Source: Macrostomum lignano
Lineage: Eukaryota
NCBI GenBank assembly: GCA_002269645.1
Contig: NIVC01001068.1
Location: 62,001 to 126,000 of the forward strand
DNA: 64,000 bases
Direction: 5' to 3'
Under the pieces are notes generated by a model. The model was not told the origin of the DNA. It saw only the letters and a list, made by a program, of their open reading frames with translations, and did no database searches. Position numbers and translations under genes: made by a program. Position 1 is the stretch's first letter. The number at the start of each line of letters is the position of its first letter. Below are positions 1-33,450 of this stretch, piece by piece.

Positions 1-17152
<17,152 letters not shown>

Positions 17153-17709
17153 GTCTGATAATAATAATTTTAAATAAAAGTCAGGCGCAACCTGTTGTTA
17201 TGATCTCCGTCTGTTTCGGTTTTGCGTTCGAATTATGCAGAATACAAGGGGGTGGGGGCAGTGCCGTGTTGCACAGGGTGAGGCAGACGGAAGCGAAGCC
17301 CAGTGCGGCTGAATGAAGTAGGGAAAATCTGTTTGCTAGGGACGATTTTCCCGTCAAGGGCTTGCTATTGGCTGCCCGGGTGTGCACCCTGTAGGAGTCT
17401 TCTAGTTGCTATGGCTAAAAAGACAGCAAGAAGCCTTTTCAGTCTGGCAATGCAACTAGAATGAGAAATGTTTTCAATTTTAATTTATATTGTCTGTTTG
17501 ACTGAAAATTGGGCGATTCGTGCTTAGCGCTTCTCTACAGAGAATTCTCAATTGTCAATATCAAGGATATGAATGGCAGCGAGAGGGAATATTAAAATAA
17601 TATTACTATCAGTAGCTTCCTTGAGTTCCGAGCTAAAAGTGCACTGCGGGGATAAAATATTCTGCGCTGATTCACTGTCCTTTCTGTTCGACATTCTCCT
17701 AAGGGGATG

Positions 17710-18330
17710 TCCTTCCTATTTGGGATTCTCCTTTACGGATTCCCTCCATTTGGGATTCTCCTCGACAATTCCCACCATTTGGGATTCTCCTTTACGGATT
17801 CCCCCCATTTGGGATTCTCCTTAACGGATTCCCTCGATTTGGGATTCTCCTTTATGAATTCCCTCCATTTGGGATTCTCCTTTACGGATTCCCTCCATTT
17901 GGGATTCTCCTTTACGGATTCCATTCCTTTGGGAGCATTTCCTTCATTTGAGATTCTCCTCGAGGATTCCCTCCCTTTGGGATTCTCCTTTATGGATACC
18001 CTTCGTTTGGGATTCTCCTTTACGGATTCGCTCCATTTGGAATTCTCCTATACGGATTCCCTCCATTTGGGATTCTCCTTTATGAATTCCCTCCATTTGG
18101 GATTCTCCTTTATGGATTCCCTCCATTTGGGATTCTCCTTTACGGATTCCATTCCTTTGGGAGCATTCCCTTCATTTGAGATTCTCCTCGAGGATTCCCT
18201 CCATTTTGGGATTCTCCTTTATGGATTCCCTTTATTTGGGATTCTCCTCGAGGATTCTCTCCATTTGGGATTCTCCTTTACGGATTCCATTTCTTTTGGA
18301 TTCTCCTTGAGGAGGATTCCTTCCATTTAA
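17710..18330. repeat. 30-bp minisatellite
   Basis: Unit TTGGGATTCTCCTTTACGGATTCCCTCCAT. Confidence 0.9.
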
Positions 18331-18839
18331 GATTCCTAATTTTATTTTAAAAGGAGAGTTGTGTATCCTCAAGTCATTTCCTTATTATATATGCTGCTCT
18401 GCTTACTCGACAGTAGTAAAGTTAGAAAATCTTCTAAAATCTTCAATGTTGACTTCGAACTGCAATAAGTGCAAAATATTCAATAAAATCTGTCCCATAA
18501 CTAGTTGGCATTCATCAGATCGTAATAAATTTAAGAACAAAAATTAAATAGATTAAAAAAATATGATCTCTCCAGATTTCTCATTTACAAATAAAATCGT
18601 CGATACTTTCGATAAAATATTTCTGATTATGAAATGCAAGGAACAGTGTCGCCTCTCCTTAAAATATTGACACCGAAGATCAAACGATGGAGTGACTACC
18701 AGAGAAACGGAATGTCAGAGATGAAGACAAGCTAAGCCAAAGATGAAAATAATTTAAACTGGAAACTCGATCACCTCGAACCGATTAAAAGTTGAGTCCA
18801 AATCTGCAGTCCTCAAGCCCCACTGCCCTGGTGGCCAGC

Positions 18840-18888
18840 ATGTCTGTCTGTCTGCCTGTCTGCCTGCCTGCCTGTCTGTCTGTCTGTG

Positions 18889-18927
<39 letters not shown>

Positions 18928-18928
18928 G

Positions 18929-19001
<73 letters not shown>

Positions 19002-19122
19002 GCCTGTCTGCCTGCCTGCCTGTGTGTCTGTCTGTGTGTCTGTCTGTCTGTCTTTGTCTGTCTGTCTATCTGTCTGTGTGTCTGTCTGTCTGTCTGTCTG
19101 TCTGTGTGTCTGTCTGTCTGTG

Positions 19123-19171
<49 letters not shown>

Positions 19172-19190
19172 GCCTGTCCGTCTGTCTGCA
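18840..19190. repeat. (TGTC)n microsatellite
   Basis: Read directly. Confidence 0.95.
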
Positions 19191-20399
19191 GCAGCTAATT
19201 GAGACCTACAGTATCAATCCCTCAAAAGCTCTTTATGATCTCTGCAGCTCTTAATCTAGGAAAATTTTGAGAGAGTGGTAAAAATGAATTCGCGGCTGAG
19301 ACAGTAGCTGCAGGTGGCTGCAGTCATGATTGGATGCAAAAAATCCTTAGCTCAGAATTGGCAAAGCTGAGCGAGACAGGAAATTGCTGACAGGCGCAGC
19401 CGATTAAAATTATGGAATTCAATATTGAACTCAACCAGTGCCGTGTGCTGGAGCGGCTGCTGCATCAGCAATGCAATTCATCTACCGTTTGGTTTATCTT
19501 TTCAATATTTTGTTAATTGCGTCAAATTTAGTGACTCGGTTTATATTGCTGATTTTCTCATCTCACTTTCTCATCAGATCTCATCTAATCTCGCTATCTT
19601 TCCCATCTAATCTCACTACCTTTCCCATTAAACTCACTATCTTTCTTATCTAATCTCACTATCTATCTCATACAATCTCATTATCTGATCTAATCTTATA
19701 TATATATAATCTGATATTTATCTTATACAATCTTAGCATTGATCTCATCTAATCTCAGTGTTCATGACTTCAATCTCACTAAGTCTCTAATCCTACAATC
19801 GATCTTGAATCTATCTATCTCATCCAATCTCAGCATGAGTCTACCCCCTCATGACCATATTAAAAGGACAGACAAACTCACAATCTCACCTCAATCGCGG
19901 ACAGTCTCGAACTCCAATTCCGAGACTCTGCATTCCGAGCAGAGTGAACCGTGGTAGAAGTTCTGGCGACAATCATTTCTAAGAAAGTCTAAGGCTAAGC
20001 GGAAAACCCAAAAGCTACGGAGATCTCGCAATGCCTGCATCTCAGAGGGAATTAATATACGGAAGACTCGTGTGTTCGGGAACTTCCACAACAGCCAGCC
20101 AATAAACGTCTCCCAGAGGGGAGAATAAGTGGATTTATTAATTTATGTTCGTATTTTTCGGAAAGAGCGAGAACTTGAGATGAGTTTCGTATTAATAAAT
20201 CGATGACAGAGTGCTTGTTTTACAGCTTCTGATGAGAATCGGGGGAGGGTTATTACAATTTTGGCATCTTAACACGTTTTTGCCCGGAATTAAAGCTAAT
20301 AATACTACTTAGAAAGATCAATTGCAGTAGTCTGAAAAGGAAACGTAAAGAAATTTAATATTTGGACAGTCTAAACACGTTCAAATAGTAAAGAGATAT

Positions 20400-21415
20400 A
20401 AGTTAGTAGACAGTAAACAGATAGTAGACAGTGGACAGTAGACAGTAGACAGTGGACAGTGGAGACAGTGGACAGTAGACAGTAGACAATGGACAGTAGA
20501 CATTGGACAGTGGACAGTAGACATTGGACAATGGACAGTAGACATTGGAAAATGGACAGTAGACTGGACAGTGGGGACAGTGGACAGTAGACAGTGGACA
20601 GTGTACAGTAGACAGTGGACAGTAGACAGTGGACAGTGGACAGTAGACATTGGACAATGGACAGTAGACATTGGAAAATGGACAGTAGACTGGACAGTGG
20701 GGACAGTGGACAGTAGACAGTGGACAGTGTACAGTAGACAGTGGACAGTAGACAGTGGACAGTGGGGACAGTGGACAGTAGATAGTGTACAGTAGACAGT
20801 GGACTGTAGACAGTGGACAGTGGACAGTGGGGACAGTGGACAGTGGACAGTAGACAGTGGGGACAGTGGACAGTAGACAGTAGATAGTGTACAGTAGACA
20901 GTGTACAGTAGATAGTGGACAGTGGACAGTGGACAGTGGACAGTGGGGACAGTGGACAGTGGACAGTAGACAGTGGGGACAGTGGACAGTAGACAGTAGA
21001 CAGTGTACAGTAGATAGTGGACAGTGGACAGTGGACAGTGGACAGTGGGGACAGTGGACAGTGGACAGTGGACAGTGGGGACAGTGGACAGTGGACAGTA
21101 GACAGTGGGGACAGTGGACAGTAGACAGTAGACAGTGTACAGTAGACAGTGTACAGTAGACAGTGGACAGTGGACAGTGGGGACAGTGGACAGTGGACAG
21201 TAGGCAGTGGGGACAGTGGACAGTAGACAGTAGACAGTGTACAGTAGACAGTGTACAGTAGACAGTGGACAGTGGACAGTGGGGACAGTGGACAGTGGAC
21301 AGTGGACAGTGGGGACAGTGGACAGTGGACAGTAGGCAGTGGGGACAGTGGACAGTAGACAGTAGACAGTGTACAGTAGACAGTGTACAGTAGACAGTGG
21401 ACAGTGGACAGTCGA
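20400..21415. repeat. 7-bp satellite
   Basis: GGACAGT/AGACAGT units. Confidence 0.95.
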
Positions 21416-21954
21416 CTGATAGCGCAGTCAGTTAGCAACTGTAATTTAAGACTTGGCCCAGATTATCCATGAGTTACTCTGAACTTCTCTCGATTACAGA
21501 AAATCAATAAAAAAAATTTTGCCCGAAATATTGCACAATGGTACAACAGGATATAAACAGAGCAGAATTGTCGTAAAAATGAAACTAGGAACTGATAGAC
21601 AGAGTCTTTCGGTTCATTCAGGATAGAAGAAGACAGCCCATATAGCCAAGGGGAGTGCCAATAATTAAATTAATCTGCGTCTTGAAATAGAAATATCAGA
21701 AAGGAAGGACCGCAGAGGAATGCAATGGGGTGAATAAGCTGAGGAGTCGATGGTATTAAGACAGCGGAAAAGCCTGAAATAAAAAGTTTGGACTCAATAA
21801 TATGATTCTATGTAAAGTCAGGCCAAGACGAAAGAATTTTAGGGTTGCTCAGGATTTGCATGAGTTTATTAATACTGCGTTTCTGTGTACAATTAAATAT
21901 TGGTGATCCGAATAGTTTTATACGAGGGGGGGCTTCAATAATCAAATCTGTTCT

Positions 21955-22740
21955 CATACTCATCTCTCATACTCTCACAGTATATCTACCGTGTTCTATC
22001 TCTCATACTCTCATAGTATATCTACTGTGTTCTATCTCTCATACTCCTACAGTATATCTACTGTGTTTTATCTCTCATACTCTCACAGTATATCTACCGT
22101 GTTCTATCTCTCATACTCCCACAGTATATCTACCGTGTTCTATCTCTCATACTCCCACAGTATATCTACCCTGTTCTATCTCTCATACTCCCACAGTATA
22201 TCTACCGTGTTCTATCTCTCATACTCCCACAGTATATCTACCGTGTTCTATCTCTCATACTCTCACAGTATATCTACCCTGTTCTATCTCTCATACTCCC
22301 ACAGTATATCTACCGTGTTCTATCTTTCATACTCCCACAGTATATCTACCCTGTTCTATCTCTCATACTCCCACAGTATATCTACCGTGTTCTATCTCTC
22401 ATACTCCCACAGTATATCTACCCTGTTCTATCTCTCATACTCCCACAGTATATCTACCCTGTTCTATCTTTCATACTCCCACAGTATATCTACCCTGTTC
22501 TTATCTCATACTCTCACAGTATATCTACCGTGTTCTATTTCTCATACTCTCACAGTATATCTACCGTGTTCTATTTCTCATACTCTCACAGTATATCTAC
22601 CGTGTTCTATTTCTCATACTCTCACAGTATATCTACCGTGTTCTATTTCTCATACTCTCACAGTATATCTACCGTGTTCTATTTCTCATACTCTCACAGT
22701 ATATCTACCGTGTTCTATTTCTCATACTCTCACAGTATAC
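21955..22740. repeat. 36-bp minisatellite
   Basis: Unit TCTCATACTCCCACAGTATATCTACCGTGTTCTATC. Confidence 0.95.
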
Positions 22741-23034
22741 CAACCTTCGCTAATGTACACAAACTAGTTAATAAATCTTTATTCCAAAGCAGTTCCATCT
22801 TCTTGAATTCATACTCCCCCGTCTGAACTTCAGGCCATTAGCAGCTGAGCTAAGATCAACTGCTACACCTTCTAGGCCAGCCTTGACCTGATCCCCTACC
22901 CCACCATGATTACCCCGCCTTGAAGCTCATCGGTACTGAGCAGGCCAGCTTTACTTCAATAAATAAGCCACCGGCCACGCCGTTCCTGCCGGGCTGGGCG
23001 ACGCGGCGAAATGGTAGAAACGACATTATCCTCC

Positions 23035-24957
<1,923 letters not shown>

Positions 24958-25934
24958 CTGTAGGGGTGTTTAATAGGTGGATGGTGTATAGGAGATTTGT
25001 TAAGAAACGGTTGCGATAAAGAAAGTCAATTGTAGACAGCCAGTTAGCCAGCATTGAGACCGCTCTGGAAATTCACTGCGTGCTTCATTTGAGCATCCAT
25101 TTACATAATCTCTCTCTACTTGCCTCTACTTCTCCCTACTCTCTATCTACTTCTCTAATTCTCCCTACTCTCTATCTACCTCTCTACTTCTCCCTACTCT
25201 CTAGCTGCCTCTCTAATTCTCCCTACTCTCTATCTACCTCTCTACTTTTCCCTACTCTATATCTACCTCTCTACTTCTCCCTACTCTATATCTGCCCCTC
25301 TAATTCTCCCTACTCTCTCTCTCCCCTCCCATCTTCTATGTACCTATCTATCCTTTCTCCAACCTTTACCCTGTATCTCCACTGCCCCCAACGGGATGGA
25401 TTAAGCCAACTCAGCAACACAGACAGCATCGCATTGGACAGGCAGCCAACACTGCATCTCTGACATGGAGACAAGCTCCAACTGAAAATGCAATAATTGC
25501 CCTCAACACGACAATGGTTAGAGCCCATTGCGCAGATGAGCAGGCTGCAAATCAAACAGAATTAGCTATGCGTAAAGACACACAAAATGCATTTGTACGC
25601 GCATTGAGAGAAATACATATATAGATCATGACAAAGACAATTTCTATATTTTTATGTCATTTTTCTGGGATGCACATATGCGCTATAAAGGGTGGCAGTA
25701 TTAAACAGGGTGCCAATAAATATTTGTGCACTGATACAGTTAGATAGCTGCTTTCCAATTCAATGCACAAAGGGGGAAGAGGAGAATGGTAGACATGCTA
25801 ATATCTAAGATATGTTTTCTGGTTTGTGCTTATTTTCTCAGTCACAAACGGACCAGTCAGTCAAGCATCCGTTTTCCCCTTTACCTATCTGATGATGCCT
25901 GCTATAAAACACAGCCGGTTCGGAGAGTGAAAAT

Positions 25935-26600
25935 GGATGGGAGAAAAGACTCAGAAGGGATGGGAGGAGAGGCTGAGAAGGGATGGGAGGAGAGGGTGAG
26001 AAGGGATGGGAGGAGAGGGTGAGAAGGGATGGGAGGAGAGGGTGAGAAGGGATGGGAGGAGGGTGAGAAGAGATGGGAGGAGGGTGAGAAGAGATGGGAG
26101 GAAAGGGTGAGAAGGGATAAGAGGAGAGGGTGAGAAAGGATGGGAGAGGGTGAAAAGGGATGGGAATTGAGGGTGAGAAGGGATGGGAGGAGAGGGTGAG
26201 AAGGGATGGGAGGAAAGGGTGGGAAGGGATAGGAGGAGAGGGTGAGAAGGGATAAGAGGAGAGGGTGAGAAAGGATTGGAGAGGGTGAAAAGGGATTGGA
26301 GGAGAGGGTGAGAAGGGATGGGAGGAGAGGGTGAGAAGGGATAAGAGGAGAGGGTGAGAAAGGATTGGAGAGGGTGAAAAGGGATTGGAGGAGAGGGTGA
26401 GAAGGGATGGGAGGAGAGGGTGAGAAGGGATGGGAGGAGAGGGTGAGAAGGGATGGGAGGAGAGGGTGAGAAGGGATGGGAGGAGAGGGTGAGAAAGGAT
26501 GGGAGAGGGTGAAAAGGGATCGGAGGAGAGGGTGAGAAGGGATGAGAGGAGAGGGTGAGGAGGGATGGGAGGTGGGAAAGGATCGGAGAGGGTGTGAAAA
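25935..26600. repeat. About 23-bp purine-rich minisatellite
   Basis: Unit GAGGGTGAGAAGGGATGGGAGGA. Confidence 0.9.
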
Positions 26601-28009
26601 GGGAATTCCTCCATTCCGCTGACTCCAAAGCATACGAGTCATACGAGCATACATACGAGCGCGCCAATCAGGGGTGTCGCCACCAGGGGTGGGGGGGGGC
26701 ATGCCCCCCTAAACGCTATGGTTGCCATGCCAATGGTTTTTCCCCCACCCCACCTAGTGACCTATTATGGAAATCAATAGTTATGCTTCAGAGCGCCAAA
26801 TTGAGTGCAAACAACACCGTTTCTCAAAATTACAATAATGTACATGTAGGAATTTAGTCATGTACAGTTAGAATTCTCGGCTTTGTCCCGCCCAACTATA
26901 AAAGGCAGTTATCCTAACTATGCAGTTAACATTTGCGTATTAGTAAGGATTATTTACCAAAAAAATTCAATCCTAATCACAATTCCGTCATTTTGTTACC
27001 TGATTTTCAGTTTTGCAGTCAGAACGATTTTACAACATACGTATACTGATCAAGGCCGCTTCTTGCCAATTCTGTGCCTGACAATGTCCAGTTCTAAAAA
27101 TAGAACGTGCATGATTTATATCTCTCCACACTGGGGCTACAATTAGACTAATTAAATCTGCCCCCACTCCCGTGACCTGCCCTGACAGTCACGGAGCAAG
27201 TTCAAACACACAAGTCGATAATCTGGGATCAAGTCCCGTTGATGAGGCTTAATAACTTTAATTAATTAAACTGGAAGGATTTTTTATTAATTTTAGGTTA
27301 ATTTTGATGGCGAAACATGCACAAGGCACAGAGTTGTGTCTCTAATAAAAATGAGGAAATGTGTGTGTGCTTAAGAAGAAAAGTGGTAGGTAAAAATTTA
27401 AACTTCACAAACTGCTTATAGCTGGAGACCCACGCGATTTCGTATCCAAAGCACCCTGACAACCATTTATGAAGGAGCCTCTCTCCCGTATCCGTATTGA
27501 TTTTAGATATTGTTGAGTGGCCTATCAAAAGCACTGTTCAAATAGAAGTATGGACACACACACACACGATATAGAGTATTATTATATACATTCCAGGTAT
27601 AAACTTTGGCATACACTGCAGGTGCAGTGCAGATGTTGAAATTGTAAACACACGACTATTATTCTGCCTATATTATAAAAAACTCAGAACTTAGCTAACT
27701 ATATACGTAACCATATGCATGTATAATTATGCACTTTTACTAGGAAATTTTACGAGCAAGTTTCGTAGGAAATGCAATAAGCAAGTTTTAGTCACAGTTT
27801 CTATATTAACCAGATGTGTTGCTCCAGAATTCGCTTAATGTATTTAGCGGCCGTCTCCGAGGCCCGAAAACCAAAGGGGGGGGGGGGTTGGGCCGCAGAC
27901 ACTAGCTGCTGCTGCTGCTGCTGCTAATGCTTGAGAGCAGCAGAAGCTGCAGTCTATGGTCTGAACCCCGGGGTTATCGCGCTGCAGCCAGGCTGTGATG
28001 TTGGCCGGA

Positions 28010-28575
28010 AGAGGGGAGGAGAGAGAGGAGAGATGAGAGAAGGGAGAGGAGAGGAGAGATGAAATGAGTGAAGGGAGAGGAGAGAAGAGATGAGATGAGT
28101 GAAGGGAGAGGAGAAGAGAGGAGAGAGAGGAGGGATGAGTGAAGGGAGAGGAGAAGAGAGGAGACAGGAGTGAAAGGAGAGGAGAGGAGAGGAGAGATGA
28201 GAGAAGGGAGAGGAGAGGAGAGATGAAATGAGTGAAGGGAGAGGAGAAGAGAGGAGACAGGAGTGAAAGGAGAGGAGAGGAGAGGAGACAGGAGTGAAAG
28301 GAGAGGAGAGGAGAGGAGAGATGAGTGAAGGGAGAGGAGAGGAGAGGAGAAAGGAGAGTGGAGTGAATGGAGAGGAGGGAGGGGTTAAGGGAGAGGAGAG
28401 GAGAGGAGAAAGGAGAGTGGAGTGAATGGAGAGGAGGGAGGGGTTAAGGGAGAGGAGAGAGAAGAGAAAGGAGTGAAGGGAGAGAAGAGAGAAGAGGAGA
28501 GAGGACTGAAGGGAGAGGAAAGAGAAGAGGAAAGAGAGCCAGAGAGAGAGTGAAGGGAGAGGAGAGAGGAGATTA
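28010..28575. repeat. Polypurine satellite
   Basis: GAGAGGAGAG-type units. Confidence 0.9.
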
Positions 28576-28704
28576 GAGAGATGCCACTGGTCATCCAGCA
28601 AACTGTTGCTGTCTATGGTCAGAAATGAAAATTCCCAGGAAACTGCATGCAGTTTTTTGGTATTTCCAGTAAAGATTGTCCTGACCAAAAGGTTGCTAAC
28701 TTAC

Positions 28705-28944
28705 CAAGCAAGATTTGTCGTGGATATCTTGAGCGATTTAGTGTTATATTAATTTGTGACCAGGAGCCTTGCAAACAAAAGCCTGACCCAGCTCAGTGCT
28801 TTGCCCAATTTTTATGCAGACATTTCAAGCATTATTGCGAGCAGCTTATTGGCCAATGGGGGAGAGGATAGTGAACTATCTCTTACCATGCAGCTTGCCG
28901 CACGGGATATAAACAATAGAGATTGCCAGGCGTGTATGTAACTG
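28705..28944 (-). CDS. Two probable internal exons of an unassigned minus-strand gene
   Basis: 28944-28887 (QLHTRLAISIVYIPCGKLH, donor G|GTAAGA) and 28767-28705 (GSWSQINITLNRSRYPRQILL, donor G|GTAAGT) join in phase 1; a link to the 23-25 kb exons is not established. Confidence 0.4.
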
Positions 28945-29169
28945 CTGTTACAAAAATTACAGCCAAGGTAGATATGACATAATTAAAGGACTGCATACGG
29001 GGGTGAGGATAAAAGCACTGCAAAATTGAAATGACGAAATTCTAATTAAAAGGGAAGAGAAAGGAGAGGAACAGTTGAGAGACCGATAGATGAGGTCGGA
29101 GAGGAGGCAGAGAGATGAGGGAGGGCGATAAGGGCCGCTGCAGCTCTCCTTGATGAGTAATACTAGTAT

Positions 29170-29368
29170 ACATAGATAGATAGATAGATAGATAAATATA
29201 TAGATAGATAGATAGATAGACAGATAGATAGATAGATAGATAGACAGATAGATAGATAGATAGATACATAGATAGATAGATAGATAGATAGATATATAGA
29301 TAGATAGATAGATAGACAGATAGATAGATAGATAGATAGACAGATAGATAGATAGATAGATAGATAGG

Positions 29369-29416
<48 letters not shown>

Positions 29417-29547
29417 CAGATAGATAGATAGATAGATAGATAGACAGATAGATAGATAGATAGACAGACAGATAGATAGATAGATAGATAGATAGATAAA
29501 TAGACATATAGATAGATAGATGAATGAACACATCTTTCATCATTATT

Positions 29548-29606
<59 letters not shown>

Positions 29607-29607
29607 C

Positions 29608-29669
<62 letters not shown>

Positions 29670-29716
29670 GAATGAACACATCTTTCATCATTATTATAGA
29701 TAGATAGATAGATGGG

Positions 29717-29753
<37 letters not shown>

Positions 29754-29788
29754 GGGTAGATAGATAGATAGATAGATAGATAGATGGG

Positions 29789-29831
<43 letters not shown>

Positions 29832-29900
29832 ATAGACATATAGATAGATAGATGAATGAACACATCTTTCATCATTATTATAGATAGATAGATAGATGGG

Positions 29901-29933
<33 letters not shown>

Positions 29934-29996
29934 GGGTAGATAGATAGATAGATAGATAGATGGGTAGATAGATAGATAGATAGATAGATAGATGGG

Positions 29997-30027
<31 letters not shown>

Positions 30028-30096
30028 ATAGACATATAGATAGATAGATGAATGAACACATCTTTCATCATTATTATAGATAGATAGATAGATGGG

Positions 30097-30133
<37 letters not shown>

Positions 30134-30168
30134 GGGTAGATAGATAGATAGATAGATAGATAGATGGG

Positions 30169-30199
<31 letters not shown>

Positions 30200-30268
30200 A
30201 TAGACATATAGATAGATAGATGAATGAACACATCTTTCATCATTATTATAGATAGATAGATAGATGGG

Positions 30269-30301
<33 letters not shown>

Positions 30302-30304
30302 GGG

Positions 30305-30337
<33 letters not shown>

Positions 30338-30350
30338 GGATGGATTGATG
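29170..30350. repeat. (GATA)n with higher-order structure
   Basis: Recurrent insert GAATGAACACATCTTTCATCATTATTATA. Confidence 0.95.
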
Positions 30351-30879
30351 GATGGAAAGATAGATAAAAGATAAATGGCAGACTGCTTTAGTCAGCATCT
30401 CGTGATCTCAACAATCACCCTTTAAGTACAAAAGAGATAAGGATGGGGCAGCTCTGAGAGCATAAAAAAGCAAAATTTTAGTGTCAGAAATCGAAGCTTG
30501 CGCCTATAAAACAAAATGCTTTCAAATCGCGCAGACTCGCAGGTATATAATCAAATTTATTCTTTACACACCGAAATCTGCATTACAGGGCCTTAAATCA
30601 AAAGAAGCTAGCGGCAAAAGAAGAAAACTGATTACGAGTTAACTAGCAACAATTAGGTTCTAGGCAATTGAAAAAGCACAAAAAAGTTTTTCAACGGTCT
30701 GGTGTAGAGATGTTCAACACTTTCAGAATATTCGGCAGTAATCAACTTTCCAAACTAGTTTCTTGTGATTCTGTAGAACACTAACGTCATAATTTGAACT
30801 GGTCTGGAGGGTGACGTCATTGATGAACCAACTAGGATGACATTGAGTAGGATGGCGTCATCATTGCCATATTGGGTCG

Positions 30880-31360
30880 GGACAATGACGCCACAAAATT
30901 CTATAAAATGACGTCACAGAATCCAAAAGAATAACGTCACAAAATCAAATAGAATGACGCCATAGAATCACATAAAATGACGTCACACAATCCTATAGAA
31001 TGGCGTCATAGAATCCTATAGAATGGCGTCTTAGAATCCTATAGAATGGCGTCTTAGAATCCTATAGAATGGCGTCATAGAATCCTATAGAATGGCGTCA
31101 TAGAATCCTATAGAATGGCGTCATAGAATCCTATAGAATGGCGTCATAGAATCCTATAGAATGGCGTCATAGAATCCTATAGAATGGCGTCATAGAATCC
31201 AAAAAGTCACAAAATCCAATAGAATGACGTCATAGAATCACATAAAATGACGTCACACAATCCTATAAAATGACGTAGAATCATATTGAATGACGTCATA
31301 GAGTTCTATAGAATGAGGTCATAGAATCTAATAGAATGACGTTTTAGAATCCTATAGTCC
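30880..31360. repeat. 20-bp minisatellite with CRE-like core
   Basis: Unit ATAGAATGGCGTCATAGAATCCT-like; flanks carry TGACGTCA. Confidence 0.9.
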
Positions 31361-31527
31361 TATAAAAATCCTATAAAAAATTGATTGATGACGTCATAAT
31401 AAAGACTAAGGTAGGTATTTTGTTATCTCAAGATAACAAAGTGTTCAAAAACTTTTTAATTTAACAAACTACTTAAAACTGGGCTGAAATACACTAAGGA
31501 TATAATAATGCAACTAAAAAGTTTATA

Positions 31528-31836
31528 TTAGGTCGAATTCAACAGCCGTCGCTCTGCCTCGGCCATCTCAAAGGTGAACCACTCGTCCCTGTTGGCCTCC
31601 TTGCGGCGAATCGGATGGCCGATCCCCGTGCGCCGGTACTTGGCCCGCATCATCAGGTACAGCTCGGTGGTTTCGTCGCGAATTGAATCGAATTTTTCGT
31701 GATGACAAGCCTTGATTCCCTGGACAGATTTAGTGTGTTCATTAGGCGAGTCTGGGTAAAATGTAAATCCTTATGCATGAGTTAATGTGATGCACGTTAA
31801 AGCTGGATTAATAGATACTCGTAGATAGATAGATAA

Positions 31837-31889
<53 letters not shown>

Positions 31890-32338
31890 CAGATAGATAG
31901 ATAGACAGATAGACAGATAGACAGATAGACAGATAGATAGATAGACAGATAGATAGATAGATAGATAGACAGATAGATAGATAGATAGATAGACAGATAG
32001 ACAGATAGATAGATAGACAGATAGATAGATAGATAGATGGATAGATAGACAGATAGATAGATAGACAGATAGACAGATAGACAGATAGACAGATAGATAG
32101 ATAGACAGATAGACAGATAGATAGATAGACAGATAGACAGATAGACAGATAGACAGATAGACAGATAGATAGATAGACAGATAGACAGATAGATAGATAG
32201 ACAGATAGATAGATAGATAGATAGACAGATAGACAGATAGATAGATAGACAGACAGATAGACAGATAGACAGATAGATAGATAGACAGATAGATAGACAG
32301 ATAGACCGATAGATAGATAGATAGATAGACAGATAGAC

Positions 32339-32377
<39 letters not shown>

Positions 32378-32704
32378 AAGATAGATAGACAGATAGACAG
32401 ATAGATAGATAGGCATGTAGGCGGGCTCTACCTTAATCTCCTCCCGACACTGATAGAAGGACAAGCCCCCGTGCCGCTTGCCGCAGGCGCCAAACAGTCT
32501 CCAAGCGGTCAGACACAGGTGCGACTCAGTCCTGAGTCGCTCCCGCATCAGCTCAGGTATGATGGTGTTCACCTCCACCGAGCGCAGGCTCATGTCTTTC
32601 GGATCGCCGAGGCCTTTGGGGCCACCGCCAGCGCTGGCCGGCAGAACGCCAATTTCGTGCGCGTTTTCGCCCCCTGGAGCGTGCTTGCCGAGGCCGAGAC
32701 CCAT
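31528..32704 (-). CDS. CMC1: COX assembly mitochondrial protein, CMC1-like (twin CX9C)
   Basis: Exons 32704-32432 and 31719-31528 give ..[61 protein letters not shown]..; two CX9C motifs plus the LRxVExxxxIPxxMRE and YRRTG motifs of the Cmc1 family. Confidence 0.88.
31820..32412. repeat. (GATA/GACA)n in the CMC1 intron
   Basis: Read directly. Confidence 0.95.
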
Positions 32705-32764
32705 GCGTGCGACAGGGGAGAAGGCGGCAGAGCATGCAAGAATTGACCGAAATTGGAGAGCTCA

Positions 32765-33450
32765 ATGTGAGAAGCACTCAGACTGTCTGTCACTCAATCA
32801 AAAGCACTCAGACTGTCTGTCACTCAATCAGAAGCACTCACCATGTCTGTCACTCAATCAGAAGCACTCAGACTGTCTGTCACTCAATCAGAAGCACTCA
32901 GAATGTCAGTCACTCAACCAGAAGCACTCAGAATGTCTGTCACTCAATCAGAAGCACTCAGACTGTCTGTCACTCAACCAGAAGCACTCAGACTGTCTGT
33001 CACTCAACCAGAAGCACTAAGACTGTCTGTTACTCAATCAGAAGCACTAAGACTGTCTGTCACTCAATCAGAAGCACTCACAATGTCTGTCACTCAATCA
33101 GAAGCACTCACAATGTCTGTCACTCAATCAGAAGCACTCAGACTGTCTGTCACTCAATCAGAAGCACTCAGACTGTCTGTCACTCAATCAGAAGCACTCA
33201 CAATGTCTGTCACTCAATCAGAAGCACTAAGACTGTCTGTCACTCAATCAGAAGCACTAAGACTGTCTGTCACTCAATCAGAAGCACTCACAATGTCTGT
33301 CACTCAATCAGAAGCACTCACAATGTCTGTCACTCAATCAGAAGCACTCACAATGTCTGTCACTCAATCAGAAGCACTCACAATGTCTGTCACTCAATCA
33401 GAAGCACTCACAATGTCTGTCACTCAATCAGAAGCACTAAGACTGTCTGG
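32765..33450. repeat. 30-bp minisatellite
   Basis: Unit CACTCAATCAGAAGCACTCAGACTGTCTGT. Confidence 0.97.
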
